A DNA stretch of 64,000 bases, taken from positions 63,922,001-63,986,000 of the forward strand of contig OZ336876.1 of NCBI GenBank assembly GCA_965287045.1. Reading direction: 5' to 3'. Made by a program: the position numbers and the translations under genes. Below the pieces are notes generated by a model, which did no database searches, was not told the DNA's origin, and saw only the letters and a program-made list of their open reading frames with translations. The stretch comes from Carcharhinus amblyrhynchos (Eukaryota). Shown one piece after another: positions 12,206 through 25,611 of the stretch (position 1 is its first letter; each line of letters opens with the position of its first letter).

Positions 12206-14099
12206 CCTTCAATGTGACTGAAAAGATTTGGTTCCAGTGTTAGCTTTCCTAGGTGAGAATAGCATAACCTTCTATTAATCTCACCACACAGATGACAAGT
12301 CCCTACAACAGCTGTTAGGCTTTTATTTTGCATTGCCATTCCCAAGGCAAATTTGAATGAGATTTCCACATATTCAATTGTTGTTATTTAAAGAAATCTT
12401 TTTATGTTTTTACTTATTACATTAGAAAATATAGTTTCTGAGAAAAATTTTTTAAAAAATTTTAAGGTGTCATTGAACATTTTGGTAAATTCTCATGACT
12501 GGTCACTCAGGATTGGTTGTCTTAATAAATCCTTAATAGTTTTCTTTCTGTCAGTTTCTGGAGCATGTTCCTCTTGGCAAAATGTTTTAGCATACTTTCT
12601 TGATTGCACCATTTTCAGCAGCTGACACAGGAACGCATTTCTAAATTTGAGCACACATAATTTAACCAAATATAATTTTACAAATGGATTTTGAGGGAAG
12701 ATTTCAGTCTGGATTAGCTCATTGAAACTGAACATTTGTGGGTTAAAAATTAATTCTGGCCTCTAAATTAGTATTCCTCAAAGTACAGCTTTAAATTCCA
12801 GTTTTACTGTTGCACAACCACAAATTTCACAATATGGAAACAGATCATTTGGCTGAACCAGTTCATAGTAGTTTTCCCATGTATAAGATGCAGTTCTAAC
12901 CTGTTTGCCACTTCTGATTCCATATTCCATAATTCCCTTTCTCCCCTTCAACCATCCATCCAGCCTATCTTTAAATATTGATACACTTTCCACTTCAATC
13001 ACTAAAGTGCATTTTGGCAACCTCTGAACAAAGGTTTCTCCTGTTCTCTGTCCTAAATCTCTACGTCTCTTGTTCCTGTGCTGAAGTATTTGCAAGTACC
13101 TTCAGCCAAAAGTGCTAAGTTGTCAATCCTATTTAGGTTCCCTGACGATTTCACCATCATAGATAGAGGTATCCAGCCAATTTGATTTATTAGCTCCATG
13201 TATCATTATGAAACAGCAGACTAAATAGCAAAGAGTACAGGTCTTAACAATATCCCATCAGCAATGTTAAAAACCTGTATAACAAAGTTGTTCCCTGGAA
13301 ACATTAGAAAATGATATATGTCAAAAATGTGGAGTATTATCTATCTATAAATCTGACGGAGTCAGTTATCATCATAATGGCTCCCTTTCAATCATCAGTA
13401 AAGTTGTAGAAACCAGGCAACATCATTATGAAGGATATGAAGAAGTATTAAGCCCAGTAACAAAATAAGATAAATGGGTCATTTACAGTTATTGTTGCCT
13501 GACATTAATCAGACAGTAACAGCCCTAGTAACAATAATGTTGCAGCTGGCTCTTCTACAAAGGTGAACTATCACTAGATGTTTAAAGTGCTCTCCTATTT
13601 TAGCAGAATATAGTAATTAGAGTCCTTTAAGTTAAGGAGGGCTCTGATTGAAAAGAGATTTGAGTGTGCAAGTTGTAGCTCACATGGCTACGGTCATAAC
13701 AAAAGAAAAAGTTAATAGAATATTGAGCATAAAAGATAAAAAGTAATGGTTCAGGGGTCTACCTTGGCTGGTGATAAGAGTTTTCATGACAACCTGATCT
13801 TTCTGGTAATCGAATTTGATAGGACTGCACAGTTTTACTCTGAACTATTTTTTGTGGGATCTTATCTTTCTGTACAATGTGTAGGTCATCCTATGTCAGA
13901 ACATCATTAAGTTGATGACACTTTTTAATGTACACTTCGTGCGGTTTCCAGCTGGTCCATGAACATTTCACATTGAAACAAGACTGGTTTCCCTTGCAAG
14001 ATCCTGATCGGGAGTCAGGTCTTGAATGTACTGGAGATTCTAATATGAATGAGGAACATAAAATAATTAATATTAGAAGACACACATGTACTGGAGGAA

Positions 14100-14597
14100 T
14101 TAACATAGGTATAAAGGAAACAGGAGCAGCAGTGGGCATTCAGTCCCTTAAGTCTATTCCAATATTTAATTAGGTCATGGCAGATCATCTACCTCAACAC
14201 CATATCCACACTATCACCTTGATGGGTATTTACTATCTAGAAATCTATCGATATCTAACTCAACATATTCAATGTCTGAGCCTCCACTGTCGTCTGAGAT
14301 TCCAAAACTTTACCACCCTCTGAGACAAGAAATTCCTCCCCATCTCAGTCCTAAATGGCTTAAACTTTATTCTGAGAATGTGTCCCCTGGTTCTAGAGCC
14401 CCCAGCCAAAGGAAACATTCTTCCTGCACCTACCTTTTTGAGCCCTGTAAGAATTTTGCATGGTTCAGTGAGATCACCTCCCATTCTTTCAAACTCCAGG
14501 CCCTGTCTCCTCAACCTTTCCGCTTGCTGTCGTCCCAAGGATTGCTCAGGTGAACTTTCATTACATTCCCTTTATGGCAAGTATATCCTTCTTTAGG
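14100..14597 (-). mobile_element. CR1 3' end
   Basis: GRMFPLAGGSRTRGH...QRVVKFWN. Confidence 0.85.
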
Positions 14598-14598
14598 T

Positions 14599-14828
14599 AT
14601 GATGTGGAGATGCAGGTGTTGGACTGGGGTGGGCACAGTAGGAAGTGTCACAACACCAGGTTAAAGTCCAGCAGGTTTATTTGGTATAACGAGCTTTCAG
14701 AGCACTGCTCCTTCATCAGGTGAGTGAAGAGTTGGGTTCACAAACAGGGCATATAGACAAAGACTCAAGGTAATGGTTGGAATGCGAGTCTTTATAGGCA
14801 ATCAGGTCTTTACAGGTACAGACAATGT
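14599..14828 (-). mobile_element. Penelope-like terminal repeat fragment
   Basis: Reverse complement of the 9920-10160 sequence (caacaccaggttaaagtcca...); contains a hammerhead motif. Confidence 0.75.
14688..14726 (-). ncRNA. Minimal hammerhead motif, core intact, stems partly decayed
   Basis: Reverse complement reads CAC-CTGATGA-A-GGAGC-AGT-GCTCT-GAAA-GCTC-GTT. Confidence 0.65.
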
Positions 14829-14829
14829 T

Positions 14830-15620
14830 GATGTTCAGAGAAAATAGGGACAGCAAGTCAATAGGGAAATAAATTGATGTTAGCTTTTACTCCAAAGGGG
14901 TTGCAGTACAAGAGTAAAGTCCTGTTGCAATTATATGGGACATTGGTGAGGCCACAACTGGGGTACAATGAATTGTTTTGTTATCTATCTAAGGAACATT
15001 AAACTTGCTTTTGAAGGGGGGGGGGGGCAAGGAAGGTTCATTAGTGCCTATTGGGATGAGAGGGCTGCTGTATGAGAGAAGACGGAATATAGAAGAATGA
15101 GAGGTGATCTCATTGTAAAATTCTTAGTGGGCTTGATACGTTTTATGTTGATTGTTTCTTTTGGTTGGAGAGTCTAGAACTGATGGTCATAGGCTGGAAT
15201 TTTCCAGACTCTCTGTAGTTGGTTTTCCCACCATGGACATGGTGAGCCATTGGCTGCTGGCAGGATCTTCTGGTCCCATCTGCCACTTGGGAACCCACCA
15301 CCAGTGTTAACTTTCCTGGGACTGGAAGACCATGGCAGTTGAAGGGTCAGAAAACTCCACCTTTAGTCTTAGAAAAAAGGGATTAGCCATTTAGGACTAA
15401 TATCAGAAACATCTTCTTTCCACAGAAGAATGTTATGATTTGTGATGCCCAGTCATTGAAGACTAAGATTATTAAATTATTGGACACTAAGTGAATCAAC
15501 TGATTTGTGAATAGGGCGGAAAGTTGAAGTCGAGGTAGAAGTTCAGCTATGAATTTATGAAATAGCAGAGTAAGCTTTCAGCTCTATATCCTACTCTGGG
15601 TCCTATTATTGTGATGTTAC
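14830..15620 (+). mobile_element. Decayed CR1 3' end interrupted by a MITE (about 15190-15361)
   Basis: gtgaggccacaactgg, agaagaatgagaggtgatctc; ggctggaattttcc...gaaaactccacc insert. Confidence 0.65.
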
Positions 15621-15899
15621 ACATTGCAATGACATCTGCTGCTGAAAGCCCACAATGCCTAAGGGAGCGGCTAACACCACTGAACACAAGAAGAGATTCT
15701 TCGAATTTATAACACTCAGTTTTGCCACAATAATGTCAAATGCAAATGATGTCCAAATCGATGAAATGCACTTGATCGTCAATTGCCCCGTTGAAGTAAA
15801 TATTTAAAAAGTGTAATTTTACTTTCGGGATGTTCCCCTTTAAACCATACAAATAGAGACATTCAGTGTCAGACAAGGGAAAGTGGTGTGGCTGGGGAA

Positions 15900-16530
15900 A
15901 CAAAGACATTTTCCTGCATTATATATTCCGTGTCACTTCCTGCAAGGTCGCAGCAGATGTCGGGATTACCACTGGTTCCGCTGATCCAAAGCGGCGTACA
16001 AAGCACCGCCTCTTGGAGCGAGTAAGTCAGTCAGTGAAAGGTCCCTCCCTCTCCAAGTAGCTTATCTGTCTATCAGGGCAGTAGTCCTGGCAGGGGGGAC
16101 GCAAGTACAGCAGCAAGCCGAAATCAACCATGATAGCAGCACTAACCAAACACGGTGAGTCCCTTCTTCCTAAGACCTTCCGCTTGCCAAGCCAGGAGGC
16201 TCATTTATTAAACTCAATGGTGCATCTTCGCAAAGAGACGCAAAAAAAACACCTTCAGATTTTGCCAATAAAACTTCTACTTCCCTTTGACTGTTCCCAC
16301 AGATTTATTGCCGTTATTCAATGAAGAATCTCTTGTTCTTTTTTCTCAATGACTGAATTCTTCACCGGTATTACTTGTTAATTTATCCACGCTCGGTTTT
16401 TGATCGCTTTAATACCCCGGGATCTCCTGGGTGTTGAAATCTGGCTGCTACAGCACTTTGCACAATAGCGGCTGCAGAGCCTTTGCTTTATGTCCCCGCT
16501 TACAGTAAGTAATAGGACACCAAAGACAAA
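15900..16530 (+). promoter_or_regulatory. Candidate SOGA3 promoter / non-coding first exon(s)
   Basis: Repeat-free, locally CpG-retaining patch in a CpG-poor background; ETS-like cacttcc near 15935; consensus donors CGA|gtaagt (16022) and ACG|gtgagt (16155). Confidence 0.5.
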
Positions 16531-17015
16531 AAAAAATCATTTCCGCTGCTTTAGGAAATGGGGGAAGTTGGGACATTTTCCACTCGATTGTGTTTATTGA
16601 TAAAATTGCACAGCAGAAAGAGTTAAAATATTCACGTAACCTAGGATTGACTTTCTATTATGCTCAGTATCTAAATGTTCGACCCTGTATCTCCGCCCAC
16701 CGAACCGCACCCTTGTCATAACCCTGAAGCCAGATGGTTACGAATTCATTTCATGTGACATTTGTGTCCTGGACAGCAATGTCATAATTTATAAAGGCGA
16801 TTCCTGAGAAAATTGGTAACCTCTTTTGTATCTTAAGAAAACCAAGATATTTCATGCTATTCAAACTATGACACCCCAAATATCCATTTCTTATCATTTG
16901 ATAGCATTGTTAGAATTGTTGGGAATATTTGATATCTCTTAAGTATCTTCTTTAAAAAAAATCCGTATTGGCCAATGACTTAAGTAGTGGATCACCAGAC
17001 AGGCTAGCTTAGTAA

Positions 17016-17620
17016 TGATAAAAGCAAAATATTGAGGATCTGGAATCTGAAACAAAAACGGAAAACATTGGAAAATCTCAGCAGGTCTGATAGCATCTGT
17101 GGAGGGAGAATAGAGCCAACCTTTCGAGTCTGATCCTTCATCAGAACTAAGAGTAGAGAAAATCAGAAAAGGTTTATACTATGAGGGTGCGGGGGTCTGT
17201 AATAGGACAAAGGGAATGTAAATGAGGATGAAAAAGGTTGAGCGAGGTGTTAAAAGTGTCCATTAAGTGATCACAATGTGTGAATGGCAGAACGGAGGCA
17301 CAGATAGTTAAGGCAGTTGCTTTGAAAGGGGGGGGGGGGCGCAGCCGAGAAGGCAAGTGGGAATGGCAAAATGGAGAAATGGTATTGAGAAAGAATGATG
17401 ATAAAAATGCATGAATGAGATGAAAAGAAGAAACGGAATGAAACAAAATAAATGGAAATGGGGTGAAGGTGGAGAGGAGAGTGCATTGCCCTTCCCCCTT
17501 CCTCACAGTATAAATCTTTCCTGATTTTCTTTGCTCTTAGCTCTGACAAAGGATCATCCAGAATCAAAACATTGGCAGTATTCTCTCTCCACAGATGATA
17601 TCAGACCTATTGAGATTTTT
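17016..17620. mobile_element. Penelope-type insertion (second family) with about 120-bp inverted repeats and a 13-bp TSD
   Basis: 17071-17186 is inverted relative to 17501-17620; TSD g(c/t)tagcttagtaa at 17003-17015 and 17621-17633. Confidence 0.75.
17113..17148 (-). ncRNA. Minimal hammerhead motif of a second family, decayed
   Basis: Reverse complement reads AGTT-CTGATGA-A-GGATC-A-GACTC-GAAA-GG-TT-GGCT. Confidence 0.55.
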
Positions 17621-20279
17621 GTTAGCTTAGTAAAGACTTAGCTCTACAGCTGTATAGGCATATTTTTCTGATCCATTTATACGGAGATGCCCAATGGAGA
17701 TTGCTTTGGTGCTGCAGTGGTTTAACAAACTGACAGGAATGGATCTCATTTCAGGGTGTTGGATGAGTAAGTAAGGGTAGCTTTAAGCAACATGTAGAGA
17801 TGGTACATGGGGGTGGGCAGGGGTGGGGGGGGGTGTGGATATTGGCTCATATACATGGATGTTCTTCCTGATGCTGAGTGAGAATAAATTGTAGGCCAAC
17901 AGGGAGACAATGGATGTCATTGGAAAAAGTTAAAGTTTAATTATTAGTTACAAGTAGAAGTTATTGTGAAAATCCCTAGTCATCACACTCTGGCCCCTGT
18001 TCAAGTACACTGAGGGAGAATTTGGCCGAAAAGGGACAATAACTTAAACAAAAGGATTTATTGCTTATTTTTTACCGGAATATGTAAAAAGCCATCACCT
18101 CTGTCTCTGCCCCTCTCCAGAAGAAAACATCCCGCTTTTCAGGGTCCAAGGGCTTATCTAGGTTGGCTAAAGCAAAAACATAGGGAATTCAAAAGTATGT
18201 ATAAGAATGCTGCTGAATTTAGCCAAATAAAACCAGGCAGATTATTAGCACAGAGCATTAGTAAGATTTTTTTTTCTGCCTGTCATATATCACTCCTCAT
18301 TAGAACATTAGCTAAAGTTCGGGAGTTCATGGGGAACAGTCCCAATTTTCAGTGCCTGTCCTTCCAGTTTCCATAACTGAGTGAGACTGGTTACTCAGTC
18401 ACTGATAGTATCTTAGAGTAATATGGACTTACCTGGCATTGATACGAGGCTAGTGAGTCTTCCACAGATGGTTCATTTCATTTCAATCTTTTGTTACCAG
18501 GCTTGTTGTTCTGGAGATATTTAAACTGTAAAAACATAACTTACCCATCTCCCACACCAAGATAGATGTCATTAGATAAATGATAAACATCACTTTCAGA
18601 TCTCTAAAAATAGGTCCTAGCTGCAAATAATTTATTCTGAGCAGCTCAGTGAGCACCACACCTTGTGTGCACATTGCTGCTATTCTTTTGAGCACGTATT
18701 ATGCTCCATTAAATGATGACTGTACCGGTTGGAGGTATGGAGCTTTAGCAGCAACCTGTTTCTTTGCAATGTAAGGATGGTAAGCATGATTTTCTGAATG
18801 CATATCACATATTTTTTGTGCCTGGCCACCAGCTAATGCCTGCCAATAGTTTTAATCCCAAGTTTCAAAGTTTTGTCATGAACTGTATTATAGAGGTCCA
18901 CTTGTAGTATGGTGGTAGGACCTCTGCAGAACACCATTTGCCATTCCAGAAATTTGTAATTTATTCAATTATGAGTATTAAAATGTAGATATTAGATAAT
19001 GCTATCATCTACCTCATTAACTTTAAGGGAAGTTAACACGTGAAGAACTGTCATGATTGCTGTATTGCATAGAATTTTTAAGCGTGATTAGTCATTTTTT
19101 GTGAGTCATCCAGAGATAATCCTATAAATATCAAAAACTACAGAAATACTGAATCATCAACAGGACAGGCTAGACCATACAATGAAACAATTAGAAAGTT
19201 GCTTCACCCTGATGGCTCCAAAACTTGATATGTTTATTTTACATATATTCAAATGGGGAGGAATGTTTGGGTAATTTGAAGATTCAATATTTCAAACAAC
19301 TTTATTCGGGTTTTATTAGTTGTCCAGACCTAGGGGGAAAAAGTCACAATTCTATCTTACGCACAAGGACAAGTAAGGAAAAATACATGGTGGAATCCAC
19401 ATAAATGCAAGCCTAATGCAAGTAAATTTCTTTCACTGACTTGGTGCATTAAAGTTGTTTTTAAACCTCAGCCTTGCTCCATATATGATTAATGAAGTGA
19501 TACTGTTCATTGCAGATACTATGCAGGATTATATTTCTGTAGCATAACTCCTTGAATAAATTAATTTCTTACTTTAAGCAATAGGAAAATTCACCAACAA
19601 TGCACTTCCTGTGGGGAACCATGCTGAAATGAATTTGGGGCCACAACAATATTGTGCTGATTCTCTGGCCCTTTGAGTATGCCTTTGCACTAGAAGCATT
19701 GCATTTGTGAATTTACCTTAAAATTCTTCAGTTACTTCAATTTCTGCCTTACTTACATACTCACAATAGCTAAATGATGTGCATACCATTGCTACAACAG
19801 TATTTTGGGACACCCTGAGGACATGAATATTGATACTTTAACACAATTTTGTTTTCTCTATGTGACAAGGCCAGGCAAAATTGTTTAAATATTAAATTAT
19901 ATATGATTGGATTTTGTTGTTTTATAAACTCATTCACAACTTTAATTTTTCAAAAATTTCTTTCTTTCTTTAATTTTTCCCTTCTGGGGGCTTGCACCTT
20001 CACCTAATTGAAATATCAGATATGCTGTTCCAGATGATCACAAATGGTGCTCTTCACCTGTCGATAGTAATTGTATCATAGCAATCTGGGCTGTTTTATT
20101 CAGCCCTAGTATGAAAGAATTTCTCATGTCTTCTCAGATCTCTTATACATAACTCAGTGATACTGGCAATTCGTCATGTGTAGGAATCCAGGAATAAGAC
20201 AGATCTTTGATATTGTACTCAAGAATATTGGTACAGCAACACTGAATCCTCTAGAAGGTAGCAATTTTTATTAATTCAT

Positions 20280-21960
20280 AGAAACATAGAAAATAGGAGC
20301 AGTGGTAAGCCATTCACCCTTTGATCCTGCTCCACCATTCATTATGATGATTCCTGATCATCCATCCTTTGACCATCTCTGCCCCAAGAGCAAAATCTAA
20401 CTCCTTGAAAATATACAATGTTTTGGCCTCGACTGCTTTCTGTGGTAATAAATTCCACAAGCTTACCATTCCCTGGGTGAAGAAATTTCTCCTCATCTCA
20501 GTCCTAAAAGGTTTACCGTGTATCCTTAAACTATGACTTCTAGTTCTGGACACTCCTACCACTGGGGACATCCTGCCTGCATCCACCCTTTCTAGTCCTG
20601 TTAGAATATTATATGATTCAATGAGATCCCGCCCTCATTCTTCTCAACTCCAGAGAATGTAATCCTAACTGACTCTATCTCTCTTCATATGTCAGTCCTA
20701 TCAGCCCAGGAGGTCTGTTAGACCTTCTTTGCACACCCTTTATAGCAAAAACATTGTTCCTCAGATAAGGAGACCAAAATTGCACACAACATTCCAGGTA
20801 TGGCCTCACCTAGGCCCTGTATAATAGCAGCAAGACATACTCCTGTATTCAAATCGTCTCGCTATGAAGGCAGACATTTGGACAAGCTGAGTGACTGAGC
20901 AAATACATAACAAACGCAGTATGATGTGGATAAATGTGAGCTGATCCACTTTGGTAGCAAAAACAGGAAGGCAGATTATTATTTAAATGGCTATAAATTG
21001 AGAGAGGGGAATGTGCGATACGATCTGGGTGTCCCTATATACCAGTCGCTGAAGGTAAGAATTTAGGTGCAGCAGGCGGTAAAGAAGCAAATAGTATTCT
21101 GCCTTCATAGCGAGAGGCAAACATACCATTTGCCTTCTTCACCGCCTGCTGCACCTAAATTCTTACCTTCAGCGACTGGTATATAGGAACACCCAGATCG
21201 CGTTGCACATTCCCCTCTCTCAATTTATAGCCATTCAGATAATAATCTGCCTTCCTGTTTTTGCTACCAAAGTGGATCAGCTCACATTTATCCACATCAT
21301 ATTGCATTTGCTCAATCATTCAGCTTGTCCAAATCATACCAAAGCATTTCTCCATCCTCCTCACAGCTCACCCTCCCAACCAGCTTTGTGTCATCTACAA
21401 ATTTAGAGATATTACATTTAATTTACTCATCTAAATCATTAATACATACTGTAAAAGCTGGGGTCCTAGCACTGATCCCAGTGGTATTCCACTAATCACT
21501 GCCTGCCATTTGGAGAATGACTCTTTCATTCCTACTCTTTGCCAACCAGTTTTCTTTCCATCCCAATACACTACCCCCAATCCCATGTGCTTTAATTTTA
21601 CAGGCTAAAATCTTATGTGGGACTTTGTTGAAAGCCTATTGAAAGTCTAAATAAACCACACCCACTGGCTCACCTTGATCAAGTCTTATAGTTTAATTCT
21701 CAGAGAATTCCAGTAGGTTTGTTGAGCAATGATTTCCGTTTTGTAACTCTGTCTGATTCCACCATCATTTACCAAATACTCTGTCATAACATCTTTGTTA
21801 ATGAACTCTATAAGTTTCCCCACTACTTACATCAGATTGACTAGTCTATAATTCTCTGTTTTCTTCCTACCTCCCTTTTTTAAATAGTGGGGTTATATTA
21901 ACTACCTGCCAATCTGTAGGAACTGTTCCAGAGTCTACAGAATATTGGATGATGACCAGC
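20280..21960 (-). mobile_element. CR1 LINE with internal inverted duplication
   Basis: SRTRSHSLR...RRNFFTQ on the minus strand; 20876-21115 is an inverted copy. Confidence 0.85.
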
Positions 21961-22369
21961 AATGTATCATTCTGGAAGAAATAGGCACCATATAAAGAGC
22001 ACCTACATAAAGTGTTACTTAAAACAGTGAAAAAAATATGTTTTATCTTTAAGTGTTCTGTCTTGAGATGAGATAATCACATGTGATTATTGTGAAATAT
22101 TTATTATTACAATACATAACTAATAGAAAAAGTACGTTTGTAATGAAGAGGGGAACCTAGATGTAGAAGATGTAAATATAGTACAGCAATACTATAAAAT
22201 GATGATGAAATTGAGAATATAGGTGAAATAAGAGGGACCATAGGATAATTGAACAAAAGGAGACATGATTGAAAAGTCATGATATTCTGATGGCATGCAC
22301 TCACTTTAAGTAATTCATTCAATCATGATGGTGATATTCCATGTTGATGGATGTCAGAGGGGGCTGATC

Positions 22370-23150
22370 ATAATTTCAAATCCCCTTTGATATGCAAGTA
22401 GTTCTGGAGGAATGGAGAATTGCATTAACTCACTTCAATGAAGAAGGGAAGGATAAATTGGGTAACTAGACAAATTAGACTACAAAAGTTTTGCAGAAAC
22501 TCTTAGAGATTCAAGATCAAATGAATATGTTCTGAAATGTATGGAGCAATCAAGATTAACCAGCATGGATTTGTTAATGATGTTTGACTAATTGGGTGGA
22601 ACTTTTGATGTTTAGATAGGGTGTGCACAATTGATGAAAAATGTACAAATTGTCAGAACATATTTGATAAGTTATCTTACTGGACTTTTCTGCAAACTTC
22701 AGGCATATGGTGTTTGAGGAAATGCGCAGCATGGATAAAAAGTTTCTTGACAAACATAAAAGATGTTTGGGTAAATGAGTGCTGCTCAGATTAAAAAAGG
22801 GTTGGGAGTTTTATATCTGACTTTTGTTTTCAATTGATGATTTGGACTTGAGCATAGGAACATAATATCAACATTTGCTGAAGACACAAAGGCAGATGTT
22901 TTAACAAACTATGAAGAGCACTAGAATTATCTTCAGGAAGATATAGGCAGGTTTGTAGGATTGGCAGACAGGTAATAAGTACATTTTGAGAGGATAAATG
23001 AAGAATGAGAATATGCAACCAATTGAAAGGTGTGAAGGATATGGAGGAATAGAGATTCTACTGTGTGCCATACATAATTCCAAGAATGTGTGAGAACAGG
23101 TAGACTAAAACACAAAAATATCTCTATAAACTGGCATGTTAGTACACAAG
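22370..23150 (+). mobile_element. Highly decayed CR1 RT relic
   Basis: cagcatggatttgtt, tttgataagt, tttgctgaagacacaaa. Confidence 0.5.
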
Positions 23151-23349
23151 CAAAGTGGGGTTATCATTTTGCACACTGATGGTTTGATCAGATTTCAACA
23201 TTGTCAAGTGGGGACAAAAGTGGCTGATGAGTTTTGGGGCAAAGTTCCTGATTAAGCATTGAAGATAAAGTATGAAGGTAAGTTAATGCTGTGATTTTTA
23301 AACTTTGCAAGCAATTACCTACATAGATAATATCAACATATTCGTGGGA

Positions 23350-23700
23350 GAAAGAGTGGCAAAGTGGTAAAACCACTGGATTAGCAATCAGGCTAATGCT
23401 CTGGTGATGTGGTGGAATTTACATTCAGTTAACAAATCTGGAATGTAAAACTCTTAATAATGGTGACCATGGCAACTATCATCAATTGTCATAAAAACCT
23501 ATCTGGTTCACTGATGTATTTTAGGGAAGGAAATCTGCCATCCTTAACTGCTCTGGCCTATATCTGACTCCAAACCTACAACAATGTGGACTCTTAACTG
23601 CCCTCTGAAATAGCAGAGCAAACTATTCAATTCGAGGGTAATTAGGGATGGACAACAAATGTTGGCCTTGCCAGTGACACCCACATCCCATGAAAATTAA
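23350..23700 (+). mobile_element. tRNA-derived SINE with a tail shared with the LINE at 30470-32340
   Basis: Same family at 39530-39905(-) and 40345-40650(+); tail attagggatgg.caacaaatg.tggccttgccag. Confidence 0.7.
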
Positions 23701-23794
23701 ATGAATAAGCTTCTACAACTATTACCACATTTATGGCAACCCTGTACACAAACATCAAAACAATTAGTTGCAGTTCATTCATATGTCAAACATT

Positions 23795-23925
23795 GGCCGG
23801 AATTTTACCGCCCTGCCCACCACAAGAATCAATCAGAGTGGGCAAGTGGCTGACATGAGAGGGTCCATTGACTTTGGGTGGGATTTTATGGTTTCAGGCT
23901 GAGTGAGGCCGTAAAATCCTACCCA
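23795..23925. mobile_element. MITE (GGGC-type TIR, Harbinger-like)
   Basis: ggccggaattttac...gtaaaatcctaccc; related copies at about 1060-1170 and 42721-42847. Confidence 0.65.
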
Positions 23926-24918
23926 ATATTAATAACATCTGAAAATAGCAGCATACTCTCAATGATCACTGGACATACTGGCACTCTGTTTTTTCACAAA
24001 TATTGATACATTTGTGGGGATCTGCTGCCCTAACTTCCAAAAGACTCCATAGCAGTGCAATTATCAGAGAAGATGTTATTATGCAGTGATATGAATACTG
24101 AGCTATTTAGCAAATACATTTGATGGTGGAATGAAGAAATTTGATGGTTTCAAAGGAGCCACTATCATGGTCCAGGGAGGAACTCCAGTTAGCAAGATTT
24201 CAGTACTATAATTCTATAATCTTGAGGTATGGAAATCTAAAAAGGTAATTGTGAAACACCTAGGCATCAATTCTTGCGAGGAGTAACTAGGCATGTAAGA
24301 CATCAGTTTAACTTGGATTCGATGGTCCTTTTATGTCAACACAGACTTCTGTAAATTTTCAAAGGTGAAAATTTGTTTGAGGATTTTCAGTAATTTGATT
24401 CAATAAAGTCGTTTTAGGCTGTTTTCATACCTTAACTTCTTCATAGATTTATGCAACTATCATTTTGTTATTAAAATAGCAGATATTCTTTGTACCCTAA
24501 AACAATGCAGAATTGGGTTTCCACATTATTCCTGACTTTGGTGCATCTGTGAAACAGTGAAAATGGATGACTTACTATCTCATGTATAAAACCCTTAAGG
24601 TTCCTGATGTCCTGCATTATGTTACAGATTAAACAGCGAACTGGACATTACGAACAAAAGCTAGCACCGAGATATCCACCTGAAAAAAAGGAGGCAGCTT
24701 GTCCAATTTTGGCCCATTTAAGTCTCCCTGTCTGCATGTTCCTTTGAAAGTTTGCCAGAAATACGTCACATGCGATAATAGTAAGCTTTCTTGTTATTTT
24801 GTAATTACAGGGCTCTGTACTATTAGAAACTGAAATTTTCTGCAGCCCGGAAGTGGATAAGTATCTAAGTGGTATGCATGGAGCTGCCTGAGAATCGCCT
24901 TTAGATGACGATAGCACC

Positions 24919-25611
24919 ATGAACCCAGCCAGTGGCGCTGCTGAAAACAGACAACATCCTCACAACAAGAAACAGCAGCGAGCCTCATCGCCGGCCAGGT
25001 TCCGGGATATTAACTCCAGACCCTCCATAAAGACTTCCTTCGGTACCAAATCGAGCACACTCAAGCAGGGTTACCACCCGAGCCGCTTTTCCAACCAGGG
25101 GGCTGCGAATCTGAAAGAGAAAGCGAGCCGAGCCGGGGCTGCTGTCCGCTCCGCTGGTGCTGAAAGGGAGATCGCCGCGCCCGAGGAGCCCGCCAGGGTG
25201 GAGGCGGAAAGCTGCCGCTTCGCCCCGAGGAAGAACTCGGATTTTCCCCTCGCGAAGAGTGGTCGGGCGGCCGGGGACCCCCTTGAGAAAGTGGACGGTG
25301 CGGTAAAGGCAGCGCGGGGCAAAGCAGGCGAGCAGCAGCCGGCCGGAGGAGGTGGTAGTGGGGAGGCGGAGGGCAGCGGGCAGCCAGGAGGAGCGGGGAG
25401 GGGTCCCGGGCTTGGCCTCTACACTCAGAGCGCGGGGTTTGGGTCGCCGCCCGGTGCTGCGGCCGTCATGCACACCAAAACTACAGCGGAGCCCGACAGC
25501 CAGAACGAGAGAGCGGCGGGCGGATCCAACATGGAGACAATAATGACTGAGCAAGAAAAGAGCCTGCAAGAGGAGGTGGAGAAGCTGCGCTCGGAAAACC
25601 TGGGCCTCAAG
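24919..25611 (+). CDS. SOGA3: SOGA3/MTCL3 first coding exon (low-complexity N-terminus and start of coiled coil)
   Basis: ATG at 24919 in GC/CpG-rich ORF MNPASGAAENRQHPHNKKQQRASSPARFRD..., resembling the recalled SOGA3 N-terminal QQRAxSPAR motif; ends ...LRSENLGLK at phase-0 donor AAG|gtaaga (25612); probable acceptor ttacag| at 24810 gives a 5'UTR part from 24811. Confidence 0.88.

Noticed and set aside
11664-12212. ORFs across the N run
   Set aside because: Artefacts of the gap
18427-18438. acttacctggca, matching the U1 snRNA 5' end
   Set aside because: Only 12 nt match; the rest of U1 is absent
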